From contig OZ240248.1 of assembly GCA_965198235.1 (NCBI GenBank), forward strand, positions 4,128,001 through 4,192,000: a stretch of 64,000 nucleotides of DNA, read 5' to 3'. The position numbers and the translations under genes were made by a program. The stretch comes from Candidatus Poribacteria bacterium (GTDB lineage Bacteria; Poribacteria; WGA-4E; WGA-3G). The notes below the pieces were generated by a model. It worked only from the letters and a program-made list of their open reading frames with translations. It was not told the DNA's origin and searched no databases. This document shows positions 1 through 8,505 of this stretch, piece by piece. The number at the start of each line of letters is the position of its first letter. Positions within the stretch are counted from its first letter, which is position 1.

Positions 1-1557
1 GTTATCCTGCATGGCGTGGTAGACCCCATAAGGACCCCCGAATCCCATGCTGACAGCAGGAATACCCGCATGCCCAACAAATGGCGAATGATCCGAACCG
101 CTTCCGAGGTTACCGACCTGCGGAATCTCCTTGCCTTGAGCCGTTTTCCAACTCTTGTAAACCGGTTTGAGTGTCCCCGGATCAACGACATTTTGGGTCA
201 CTTCACGCATTAACTCCCGCAACGATGGCGTTGCACTCACGTAGAATCGGCCACCCGTTGCCGCGATGTCTACATTGAGGTATGCGATCGTTTTCTGCTG
301 GAGCGTCGTTTTCAAATCCTCAACCCATTCCGTTGAACCGAGGATACCGAATTCTTCAGCGTCCCATGAGGCAAAAACAATCGTTCGCTTCGGACGTGCC
401 CCTGCTTTGGCAAGCTCACCCAGGCATTGTGCAACCTCTAAGAGCGAGGTCGTGCCGCTGCCAGGGTCCGCCGCCCCATAAACCCATGCATCGTGGTGGT
501 TGCCCAAGATTACCCACTGATCTGGATATTCCGTGCCCTCTAAAGTCGCAATAACATTATAGATTGGGCGGATGCTGTGTTCACAACGCACCTTGATCCG
601 CACCTTCGCAGGCCCCGGTCCAATGTGATAGGCAAAAGGTAAGCCACCCTGCCACTCGGACGGAACATTCGGTCCCGCGAGTGCCTTTAGAAACGGTTTG
701 GCATCTTTATACGCGAGAGGCACCACAGGAATCTTGGGAAGATCTGTAGCTTCGTCAAATGAGAGTCTATCGGCATCTTTAGTCGCCGCCCAACCGGGTG
801 TCAACGGGTCGCTGGCGTGCTGAAAGATATACTTCACGGTTCCGCGCTGTATTGCATCCGCTGAACGCCACGGACCACGAGGATAGACATCTCCACGCAT
901 GTATCCATCGTCCGCTGGATCCGAGTACAGAATCAAACCGACTGCCCCGTTATCGCCAGCAACTTTAGCCTTCACACCACGATAACTGCCACCATAGCGA
1001 GCGATACAGATCTTTCCCTCCACCGAGATGCCTTGGTCGGTGAGAATTTGGTAGTCCTTAGGTAACCCTTTATTGACGTAGATAAGTTCGGCTGTTACAT
1101 CCCCATCGGGCGAATAAGCGTTATACCCGGGCACAATCTCTGTTTCATAAGAATCCTTGTCCCATTCCCAACTCGCTTCTTTGCCGACAGCGAGACGCTG
1201 GATAGGCGAGAGCAGTTCTACTTGCACCTCAAGAGGATGCGGAAGATACACATGATACTCGTACATCTGAACCTGCAAACCGTAACTTTCATATTCACTC
1301 CGAAGGTATTCCGCTATCTTGCGGCTATTCTCTGTACCAGCGAGGTGAGGCTCCTCAGTCAGATAACGCAATTTATGTTGGCATCTTTCCGCTGAAACCA
1401 GCTCCTTAAAACGGGTTTCATATTGCTTTTGTGTAGCGGCACTCTCTGCGGTGAACCCACGCATACCGAAGACATTATGAGAAGAAAGTACAGAAGCAAC
1501 AAAAATACAGATAAAACAAAAATGTGGTCTCCAAGTCCGCCATGGCAGATGAGACAT
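1..1557 (-). CDS. M28 family glutamate carboxypeptidase II-like peptidase (PA domain), runs off the left window edge
   Basis: Not in the ORF track. Manual translation from ATG 1557 gives MSHLPWRTW..., PHLAGT, GNHHDAWVYGAADPGSG, WDAEEFG, AYLNVD, GSGSDH and YH; frame is consistent down to base 1. Confidence 0.9.
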   Translation of the reverse strand, partial: MSHLPWRTWRPHFCFICIFVASVLSSHNVFGMRGFTAESAATQKQYETRFKELVSAERCQHKLRYLTEEPHLAGTENSRKIAEYLRSEYESYGLQVQMYEYHVYLPHPLEVQVELLSPIQRLAVGKEASWEWDKDSYETEIVPGYNAYSPDGDVTAELIYVNKGLPKDYQILTDQGISVEGKICIARYGGSYRGVKAKVAGDNGAVGLILYSDPADDGYMRGDVYPRGPWRSADAIQRGTVKYIFQHASDPLTPGWAATKDADRLSFDEATDLPKIPVVPLAYKDAKPFLKALAGPNVPSEWQGGLPFAYHIGPGPAKVRIKVRCEHSIRPIYNVIATLEGTEYPDQWVILGNHHDAWVYGAADPGSGTTSLLEVAQCLGELAKAGARPKRTIVFASWDAEEFGILGSTEWVEDLKTTLQQKTIAYLNVDIAATGGRFYVSATPSLRELMREVTQNVVDPGTLKPVYKSWKTAQGKEIPQVGNLGSGSDHSPFVGHAGIPAVSMGFGGPYGVYHAMQDN

Positions 1558-1830
1558 ATTTATTAGCGTTGTAATAAGTCATTACCCCCTTCCGTTTTAT
1601 GAAATAATAACACATTTCTCGCACATTTTCATTAATTTTTTTACTACTGTCCGATTTCCATTATGCTGCTTCACGAAACTGGAAATTATTGCAGTTGCAA
1701 GTACCAATAGTTTTCTTGCAGGAGGGGAAACACCTTCACCGCCGCTGGTGAGAATTGTATCATCGCCTCCCTGCAATGCCCACGTAATTGTGGGTTTTAC
1801 CATAAATACCATAAAAAATAGTCCTAAAAA

Positions 1831-1860
1831 TTGACACAATAGCGCATAATTTGGTAAAAT
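1831..1860 (+). promoter_or_regulatory. sigma70-type promoter upstream of the response regulator
   Basis: TTGACA-18 nt-TAAAAT. Confidence 0.6.
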
Positions 1861-1872
1861 AGAAGTGTAACG

Positions 1873-2034
1873 GGACTTACGCAAATTGAACAGAGAAGGA
1901 TATATTTTGTGAAAAATGCCTCACAGTGAGCGTATTTTGGTGTTTTTAACCTCCTAAAGAATCAACGGTATGAATGCCTTGTGGCATTCCCCGCCCCTTA
2001 TCAGGGGGACTTTAAGAGGAAGTGCGTAAGTTCT
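1873..2034. repeat. MITE-like element bounded by short inverted repeats
   Basis: GGACTTACGCA ... TGCGTAAGTTC inverted pair enclosing a CCCC..GGGG hairpin. Confidence 0.45.
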
Positions 2035-2059
2035 AAAGATATTAAAAAGAAGGCAGGCT

Positions 2060-2755
2060 TTGATGGACGCAAAGATTCTAATTGTTGAAGATGAACGTGA
2101 TATTGTAGATTTACTGCGATACAATCTACAAGAAGCAGGTTTTGAAACAGATTATGTCCGAAACGGCGCAGATGCCCTTCATCGGGCTGTCGAAAAGCCG
2201 CCGGATCTCATTTTGTTAGACCTGATGCTCCCAGAGGTCGATGGACTCATCGTCTGTCGTTTACTAAAGAACGATCCAAGGACTAAAAACATTCCGATCG
2301 TGATGGTAACCGCGAAGGTCGAAGAACGGGACCGGGTGGCAGGGTTGGAACTCGGGGCGGACGATTACATCACAAAACCCTTTAGTCCAAGAGAAGTTGT
2401 ACTCCGGGTATCCGCTGTGCTACGCCGTATCCAAGCCGGTAAACAAACAGAGAGTACCAAACAGATCGAAACACACGGGTTAACAATCGATCTGGACAAA
2501 CATCAAGTCCTGACTGAAAACGGTTCAATCGATCTCACAGCAACCGAATTCAAGCTCATCACGTTATTCGCACGTTCGCCAGGACGCGTCTTTACCCGCG
2601 ATATTCTAATGGACGTGATATGGGGGCAGGAGTATTACGGCATCGATAGGACAGTGGACACGCATGTCAGCCGCCTTCGCCGTAAGCTCGGGGAATTCGG
2701 TAAGCATATTGAGACAGTACATGGGGTTGGGTATCGGTTCAAGGAAGTTAGTTGA
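2060..2755 (+). CDS. OmpR/PhoB-family response regulator (no adjacent kinase)
   Basis: Receiver motifs VEDE, LLDLMLP and YITKPF; winged-helix motifs RTVDTHVSRLRRKL and TVHGVGY. Confidence 0.95.
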   Translation: MMDAKILIVEDERDIVDLLRYNLQEAGFETDYVRNGADALHRAVEKPPDLILLDLMLPEVDGLIVCRLLKNDPRTKNIPIVMVTAKVEERDRVAGLELGADDYITKPFSPREVVLRVSAVLRRIQAGKQTESTKQIETHGLTIDLDKHQVLTENGSIDLTATEFKLITLFARSPGRVFTRDILMDVIWGQEYYGIDRTVDTHVSRLRRKLGEFGKHIETVHGVGYRFKEVS

Positions 2756-2787
2756 GGACCGCTATACCAGAGGCATTCAATCCTCTT

Positions 2788-2860
2788 GTAGGAGGGATCT
2801 CCGAATCCCGACTCTTAACTGACCGCTGATGGCTGACTGCTGATGGAAACCGACCGCTGA
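2788..2860. repeat. GTAG-type REP hairpin followed by degenerate 7-bp tandem repeats
   Basis: GTAGGAGGGATCTCCGAATCCCGAC then (G/A)CTGA(C/T)N heptamers, between convergent genes. Confidence 0.6.
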
Positions 2861-2950
2861 TGAAGTGCTTTCAAGCGAGAGGTACCCTTTAAGGTTCCTC
2901 CCGCATTGAAGTGCACGTGTAGGGTTGATATATAGATTCGGCTCTTGCAC

Positions 2951-3325
2951 CTACGGAAACTGTATCCCCAGTTTTCGGCACACCTTTCGGATTTTGTTAA
3001 CCGCACCGCCTATCTGTTTTCCGTTCCGCGTAACACCAAAAAGATGCTGACTTACAACACGGCGGGAAATACCGAGAATGTCCCCAATCTCCTCTTGTGT
3101 TTTACCTTTATAGAAGTAGAGTTGAATACATTCGGCTTGGCGTTTGGTTAGTTCGTTCGCGATAATCCGACGAATCTGTTTGAGAACTACCCGTCGCTTG
3201 GCGCGACGCATCTCTGTCCATTCGTCATCAGGTGCTCGATACCAAAAATAGTCCTCGGTAGTAAGCTGATCGAAATACTCCGGCGGCACCGGAATCTCCC
3301 AAAAGTCGGGATTAAACTTGGGCAT
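2951..3325 (-). CDS. sigma-70 region 4-like HTH protein (no region 2)
   Basis: LTKRQAECIQLYFYKGKTQEEIGDILGISRRVVSQHL. Confidence 0.8.
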   Translation of the reverse strand: MPKFNPDFWEIPVPPEYFDQLTTEDYFWYRAPDDEWTEMRRAKRRVVLKQIRRIIANELTKRQAECIQLYFYKGKTQEEIGDILGISRRVVSQHLFGVTRNGKQIGGAVNKIRKVCRKLGIQFP

Positions 3326-3378
3326 AGATAAAGCAACTCCCTCGAATGCGAGGCGATCGCGCCTATGCCTTAATCAAA

Positions 3379-3456
3379 CTATCGACAAAGGTCAGAGGCA
3401 CCATCGCCACAATTGAATACTTTCAGGTGAAGTGTGACGTGGTTCATTGACAACAT
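3379..3456 (-). CDS. 25-aa small ORF / putative leader peptide MLSMNHVTLHLKVFNCGDGASDLCR
   Basis: Tandem strong SD AAGGAGGATAAGGAGGT upstream of the ATG; stop lies 53 nt before the HTH gene. Confidence 0.5.
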   Translation of the reverse strand: MLSMNHVTLHLKVFNCGDGASDLCR

Positions 3457-3662
3457 AATGGTTACCTCCTTATCCTCCTTATTGTTTATAATTGGGAACG
3501 GTGCAAGCGGGTCAATGACATTTTGTAAAGACTGCCTTTTGCAAACCGCACATGATCGTTATCAAATAATATACCAAAAAATAGAAAAATATGCCATAAA
3601 AATCCGGTTCAGTCCGCGACGCGTAGCGAAGCCTCCCTTCTATCCCGAAAACAGCATACCTT

Positions 3663-3830
3663 CAAAATAGGGGACAGAGGGGTTTGAACCCCCCGTCCCT
3701 TTCCAAAGAGTGCGACACTCAGTGCCACACCCGCAAGGGCGCAACACTAAGTGTCACACCTCCTCTGGTTTGCTAACATAACAAATACCTCCTTTTCCGC
3801 AATACAGCGGTATTAGGATACCATCGTCAA
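3663..3830 (-). ncRNA. candidate structured small transcript with a 10-aa uORF (3747-3779), 23-bp hairpin and terminator-like hairpin
   Basis: SD AAGGAGGT + ATG; 23-bp stem at 3710-3759 fully paired only on the minus strand (6 G-U pairs); GC-rich stem at 3671-3699 followed by UAUUUU; 5' end is approximate. Confidence 0.55.
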
Positions 3831-3904
3831 AAAATGACAATGATTCACTTAAACACATTTTCGGATGCACTTTTGCATGTTTTTGTGAAAAAAATCAAAA
3901 AAAT

Positions 3905-3937
3905 AGAGGACAGAGAAGTATTAATTCTCTGTCCTCT
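3905..3937 (-). terminator. intrinsic terminator of the infA-rsgA-GNAT operon
   Basis: 13-bp perfect stem AGAGGACAGAGAA/TTCTCTGTCCTCT followed by a long U tract on the minus strand. Confidence 0.85.
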
Positions 3938-3997
3938 TCTAAAGGGCATGATGAACAGCGCAACACGCCTATAGACATCCAGTCTTTGCGAGAAAAA

Positions 3998-4828
3998 TCA
4001 TTCTTCGGGATCAAAAAACACTTTGAGCGGGGTACTGAGCCGTGGCGTTTCAGCCTGTTCATCTATTGACTTCTCGCCGCTCCACTCGCTGCGCTCAATG
4101 CCCATCGTGTAAGCCTGTTCTGTGGTGTCAGTGTAACTGAGGTATTGGAACCCGGCATTCTCAAAACAGATGAGTGCAGGTCCGTTGTCAGGTGATACTT
4201 GTAGTGTGATGTGCTCAGCCTGCAGTTGTTCAAACGCGTAACGTACTGCTTCAAGGAGTGCATCCGTGCCGTATCCGCGAGCGCGATAATCAGGTCGAAT
4301 GATGACGAATTTGAGGGTAACAGTGTCTGCATTATAGTGAAGGAGGACAAATCCGATGAGAAGGCGCGTCGTTCGGATATCAATAGCGAGCGCGTGCATC
4401 TGTTCACTTTCCATCCAACGGTGCCAATCTTCGAGAAACGTTTCAAACGACACCTGTGTCGCGTAGAAGAGATGCCTGATACCCGGTCGGTTTATCCATC
4501 CCCAAATTCGGCGAAGCTCATTTTCAGCGATCTGTCGGAGGTGAATGCCGCCACCGTGAAGCCGTTCCAACTGACGCAACTGACTTCTCAAGCCTTCCAA
4601 TTGTGCCGAGTGCGCGCCGACTTGAGCCCCCGCGGCTCGAACCATACGCTGATTCGGGCGATCCATGAATTGTGCTTGCTTTACGCGGTTCTGGAAATAT
4701 CCAAGTTTCTGCTCACTCCTTTCAATAATACGCATCAAGTTCTGAATGGCATCTTCCCATTTTTGTGGGTCAACGTTTACGTCGCCGCGTGTTTCGGTCC
4801 GTTCTTCTCTTATCTGTGTTTCGTTCAT
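3998..4828 (-). CDS. RimJ/RimL-type GNAT N-acetyltransferase with an N-terminal coiled coil
   Basis: PDYRARGYGTDAL, YAFEQL, DNGPALICFENAGF; start placed at ATG 4828 after GGGAG. Confidence 0.8.
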   Translation of the reverse strand: MNETQIREERTETRGDVNVDPQKWEDAIQNLMRIIERSEQKLGYFQNRVKQAQFMDRPNQRMVRAAGAQVGAHSAQLEGLRSQLRQLERLHGGGIHLRQIAENELRRIWGWINRPGIRHLFYATQVSFETFLEDWHRWMESEQMHALAIDIRTTRLLIGFVLLHYNADTVTLKFVIIRPDYRARGYGTDALLEAVRYAFEQLQAEHITLQVSPDNGPALICFENAGFQYLSYTDTTEQAYTMGIERSEWSGEKSIDEQAETPRLSTPLKVFFDPEE

Positions 4829-5840
4829 ATCTCCCTTCCCTGAATCCAGAGATCCGGAGGTAACTTTCATATCGGATCGGACTAATATCCCCAGTTTCAA
4901 CCGCTTGCTTGACAGCACACGCTGGTTCGTGCTGGTGCGTACATGCGGCGAATTTGCACTCCGGAATATAAGACCGCATCTCCGGAAAATGAATATCTAA
5001 TCCCTGTTCTTCATCAACTTCAAGCAAGCCGAGGGTTCGGATACCGGGCGTGTCGGCGACGAACCCACCGAATTCGAGTGGCAATAGCATAACTTCTGTC
5101 GTCGTATGCCGCCCTTTGTGGACACGTGTATCCACCTCACCCGTGCGTAATTGGAGTCCCGGTTGCACCGCATTGAGCAGAGACGATTTTCCAACCCCCG
5201 ATGAACCTACAATTGCAGAAATCCTATCCTGCATCACCTCCCGCAATTCTTCAACACCAACACCCGTCACGATACTTGTATAAACCACTTTATAACCTAA
5301 TTCTTCATATAAACTGAGTTCACGTTGTATATTCTCGAATTTCGCCAAATCAAGTTTGTTAATACAGATAACCGGCTCAACATCAGATGCTTCCGCTGTG
5401 ACGAGAAATCTATCAAGCATCCGCAACTTGAGTGTCGGATGCCGTGCCGCAAAGATAATGAGTAGCATATCTAAGTTAGCAACAATAACCTGTCGCCAAC
5501 CGTCCATGCGAATACGGCCAAACTGGGTGTCACGGGGAAGACATGCCTCGATGTATCCACTCTCCGCTGTGGACATAGCAGTAGAAATGCGTACCCGGTC
5601 GCCAACCGCGACGAGATCGACGTACGGCATCTCTTTTGTCTCAGCGAGCCGCCGTTTTTCATCTTCAATGAGGTGGTGCCGCAAAGCACAAGTGTAGCTT
5701 CGCTTGCCAACTTGTACCTCGTAGGCACCACTTCGCGCGTTTATTACAATACCTTCCATAGTCTGATCCAGAGATGGCATCAAAGAATTCCTCATACAAC
5801 AGCACCTAAGAGCCAGGATTCCGCCAGACAATGCGTCCAC
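4770..5840 (-). CDS. rsgA: ribosome small subunit-dependent GTPase A
   Basis: Circularly permuted G motifs [19 protein letters not shown] and DTPG; Zn finger [14 protein letters not shown]; exact start uncertain. Confidence 0.95.
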   Translation of the reverse strand: MDALSGGILALRCCCMRNSLMPSLDQTMEGIVINARSGAYEVQVGKRSYTCALRHHLIEDEKRRLAETKEMPYVDLVAVGDRVRISTAMSTAESGYIEACLPRDTQFGRIRMDGWRQVIVANLDMLLIIFAARHPTLKLRMLDRFLVTAEASDVEPVICINKLDLAKFENIQRELSLYEELGYKVVYTSIVTGVGVEELREVMQDRISAIVGSSGVGKSSLLNAVQPGLQLRTGEVDTRVHKGRHTTTEVMLLPLEFGGFVADTPGIRTLGLLEVDEEQGLDIHFPEMRSYIPECKFAACTHQHEPACAVKQAVETGDISPIRYESYLRISGFREGRYERNTDKRRTDRNTRRRKR

Positions 5841-6069
5841 GCGTCAGGTCATAAGGAGAAAGTTCCACGGTAACCTGATCGCCAGGAAGCACCCAAATTT
5901 TGTGCCGCATTAGTTTACCAGCGAGGTATGCCACAACTTTGTAGTCGTTCTCTTCTAATTTCACCTGAAATAGGTTCCCCGGTAGGGATTCGAGTACAGT
6001 TCCGAGGACGCGGATCGCCACGTCTTTAGAGACTTCACGAGTCTTGGTTGTCACGGTTGCATTTTTCAT
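5806..6069 (-). CDS. infA: translation initiation factor IF-1 (divergent)
   Basis: GTVLESLP...[20 protein letters not shown]. Confidence 0.93.
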   Translation of the reverse strand: MKNATVTTKTREVSKDVAIRVLGTVLESLPGNLFQVKLEENDYKVVAYLAGKLMRHKIWVLPGDQVTVELSPYDLTRGRIVWRNPGS

Positions 6070-6156
6070 TTTCTATTTTCTCCTTTTTGTGATGACTATT
6101 TGTTACCTTTAACATTATATTGGATGCACTTTGTTAACGAATTGTTCGGAAAAAAG

Positions 6157-6185
6157 TTGACATCAAGCCTGAAAAGTTGTAAAAT
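6157..6185 (+). promoter_or_regulatory. sigma70-type promoter
   Basis: TTGACA-17 nt-TAAAAT. Confidence 0.75.
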
Positions 6186-6236
6186 ACACAAGTGGGAGAT
6201 TCCATTTCAAGTTTTTTATAAAAGGAGAAGAAAATA

Positions 6237-7040
6237 ATGAGCCAAGCCTTACCCCTTGTAGCCTATCCTGACCTCGAAGGCCAAGTCAAGGCAATGGAGG
6301 AAGACGGATATGCCTATCTACCGAAGGTTATCGAAGGCGAACAACTTGCGGAACTTCGTGACGCGATGGATCGGTTAACCGCAATTTCTGAGAGTTTTGA
6401 TCGGCACGGCACGCCAGAGAATGGAAACGGTTTCCTTAACAAACATATTAATAACGCCTTCAACCGCGACCCCGTCTTCTTACGATACCTTGATCGGTCT
6501 CCAGTTATCGAATTGGCAGAGGCAGTGCACGGCGAAGATTGTCACGTCATCGGGATGACGGCATGGGTAACGGGACCCGGGCGCCCCGACCAAGGGTTGC
6601 ACATAGATTGGCTGCCGATCCCACTGCCAGTGGACATTCTGGAAGATCCGCGCGTCAAGGTGCCAATTTTCATCTCAACCGCACACTACTACTTGGATGA
6701 CCTCTACGAAGACCTCGGTCCAACAAAGTTCGTGCCGGGCAGCCATCTTTCCGGACAGAGACCCGATGGTGAAACAGAATGGAAAGGCGCGTCAGGAAAG
6801 AGTATCCTCTGCAACGCTGGCGATGTCGTGATTTTCCGAAGCGAAGTCTGGCATCGAGGCACAGCAAATCGTAGCGACCAAACCCGGTACCTCTTACAAG
6901 TGCACTACGCGAATCGGATGATCACTCAGAAATTCCCACCCTATCTGAACCGGTTTCAGTTTAATGCGGAAATCTTGGAGCAGGCAACGGAACGTCAACA
7001 GCGATTAATGGGCAATCACCGCCCCGGTGCCTACGATTGA
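6237..7040 (+). CDS. phytanoyl-CoA dioxygenase (PhyH) family Fe(II)/2OG enzyme
   Basis: HxD motif (LHID), GPTKFVPGSH, WHRG. Confidence 0.88.
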   Translation: MSQALPLVAYPDLEGQVKAMEEDGYAYLPKVIEGEQLAELRDAMDRLTAISESFDRHGTPENGNGFLNKHINNAFNRDPVFLRYLDRSPVIELAEAVHGEDCHVIGMTAWVTGPGRPDQGLHIDWLPIPLPVDILEDPRVKVPIFISTAHYYLDDLYEDLGPTKFVPGSHLSGQRPDGETEWKGASGKSILCNAGDVVIFRSEVWHRGTANRSDQTRYLLQVHYANRMITQKFPPYLNRFQFNAEILEQATERQQRLMGNHRPGAYD

Positions 7041-7090
7041 TCCCAAATTTTTCAGAGAACAATGACCTCCACCGAGGATAACAGTTTCCT

Positions 7091-8011
7091 TTGAATAGAA
7101 AAGAGACTATCGGGACACCGCCAACACCAACCGTTATTAGCGAGGAGCCGCACGGGAAAATTATTGCCCTTAGCTTGCTCCTCGCGTTTCTTTGGGGCGG
7201 GAATTCGCCCTCCATAAAAATTGGCTTGGAAGACTTTCCTCCAATGGCACTGGCGTTCTTCCGTTTTGTGATTGGGCTCGTCGTTATTGGAGGTTGGGCA
7301 CTTTATCGCGGTGTCTCACTTCGCTTGCGCAGCGGTGAACTCCCTCGATTGCTACTGCTCACAACGATCTTCATCCTCCAAATTATTTCCTTGAACACCG
7401 GCACCCTACTCACGACAGCATCCCGCTCCACCATTTTTATTAACGTCTATCCCTTTTTCACCGCACTCTTTGCGCATTTCTGGATTCCCGGCGAACGTCT
7501 TTCTATCACAAAGACCTTGGGGATCGTTGTCGCCTTCAGTGGTGTTTTCGTAATCGTTGCCCCAAATCTCGGAGAAGGTGAAACGAGCGTCCTCGGCGAC
7601 ATCATCGTGCTTGTGAGCGGATGCTTTTTAGGACTACGCGTCGTCGTGACGAAGCTGCTAATTCAGTCCATTCACCCATATCGGCTCCTGGCGTGGCTGT
7701 TAAGCTTGAGTCTCCCCTGCTATGTCGTCATGAGTTTACTTTTAGAGCGTGGACAACCCATGCAACTGACCTTCAGAAGTAGTGCCGCCCTACTCTATCA
7801 AGGTGGCGTTATCGCCGGTTTCTGTTTTCTGGCGTGGACTTCAGTGCTTGAAAGATACAGTGCGAGCAAACTCGTTGTGCTTTTCTTCGCAACCCCACTG
7901 TCGGGTGTTGTGTTTAGTTACCTGATCTTAAATGACGAACTGACGTTCAGCCTGCTGATAGGTGCTGCACTCGTGGCAAGTGGAATCTATCTTGTAAATA
8001 TAAGGCGTTGA
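7091..8011 (+). CDS. DMT/EamA family transporter
   Basis: About 10 hydrophobic helices in two EamA-like repeats; LWGGN, PFFTALFAH. Confidence 0.9.
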   Translation: MNRKETIGTPPTPTVISEEPHGKIIALSLLLAFLWGGNSPSIKIGLEDFPPMALAFFRFVIGLVVIGGWALYRGVSLRLRSGELPRLLLLTTIFILQIISLNTGTLLTTASRSTIFINVYPFFTALFAHFWIPGERLSITKTLGIVVAFSGVFVIVAPNLGEGETSVLGDIIVLVSGCFLGLRVVVTKLLIQSIHPYRLLAWLLSLSLPCYVVMSLLLERGQPMQLTFRSSAALLYQGGVIAGFCFLAWTSVLERYSASKLVVLFFATPLSGVVFSYLILNDELTFSLLIGAALVASGIYLVNIRR

Positions 8012-8090
8012 TGTGCTTAGATGCACTGCTGGAGGTCGGAAGCATTTCTCATAACGGCGGAGGAACTTCAGATGAAGATTAATTTTTAAT

Positions 8091-8164
8091 TCGGTAATTT
8101 CCTATCCGCACGAGGTGGGTGTAGCCCCTACTGGCGAAGTTTCCTAACCTCGCCAAATTATCGA
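8091..8164. repeat. REP hairpin (GGCGAGGTT..AACCTCGCC family) enclosed by a short inverted repeat
   Basis: GGCGAAGTTTCCTAACCTCGCC; related copies near 16789 and 20179; flanks TCGGTAATTT/AAATTATCGA. Confidence 0.5.
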
Positions 8165-8202
8165 TTTATTTTTTCGGAGATGGGGTCTTCGCTCTTATGG
8201 CA

Positions 8203-8495
8203 CCATAAGTGTCAATTTTAAAAAAAACCGCATCGCAGCATCGTAGGTTGGGTTGAACGGACATCCTCGAAGCACTTATACGTCCAAGAAATGATTTTCC
8301 TCCATACCTGTTTCACACCAGAGATACCCAGTGAAACCCAACACCTTTCTTCTCAGCCCTATGAAGTTAGGTTTCACTCTCCTTTTGGGTGTATAGGCGG
8401 CTGCATTAGATTTGACGTGCAAGTGAGACTCGTGCATCAGATCTCACGGATTCGTTCAACCCAACCTACGGAAGCCCCTAAATTGACACCTATGG
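8203..8495. mobile_element. nested MITE: outer TIR enclosing an extended REP doublet (8242-8470)
   Basis: Outer CCATAAGTGTCAATTT/AAATTGACACCTATGG; inner CGTAGGTTGGGTTGAACG/CGTTCAACCCAACCTACG; 19-bp direct repeats at 8186-8204 and 8497-8515. Confidence 0.7.
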
Positions 8496-8505
8496 ATCTT
8501 CACTC

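Noticed and set aside
3395-3412. GGCGATGGTG as a fluoride riboswitch
   Set aside because: The matching CGCC stem partner and downstream TGA.RCC.CTAC pseudoknot elements are not in place.
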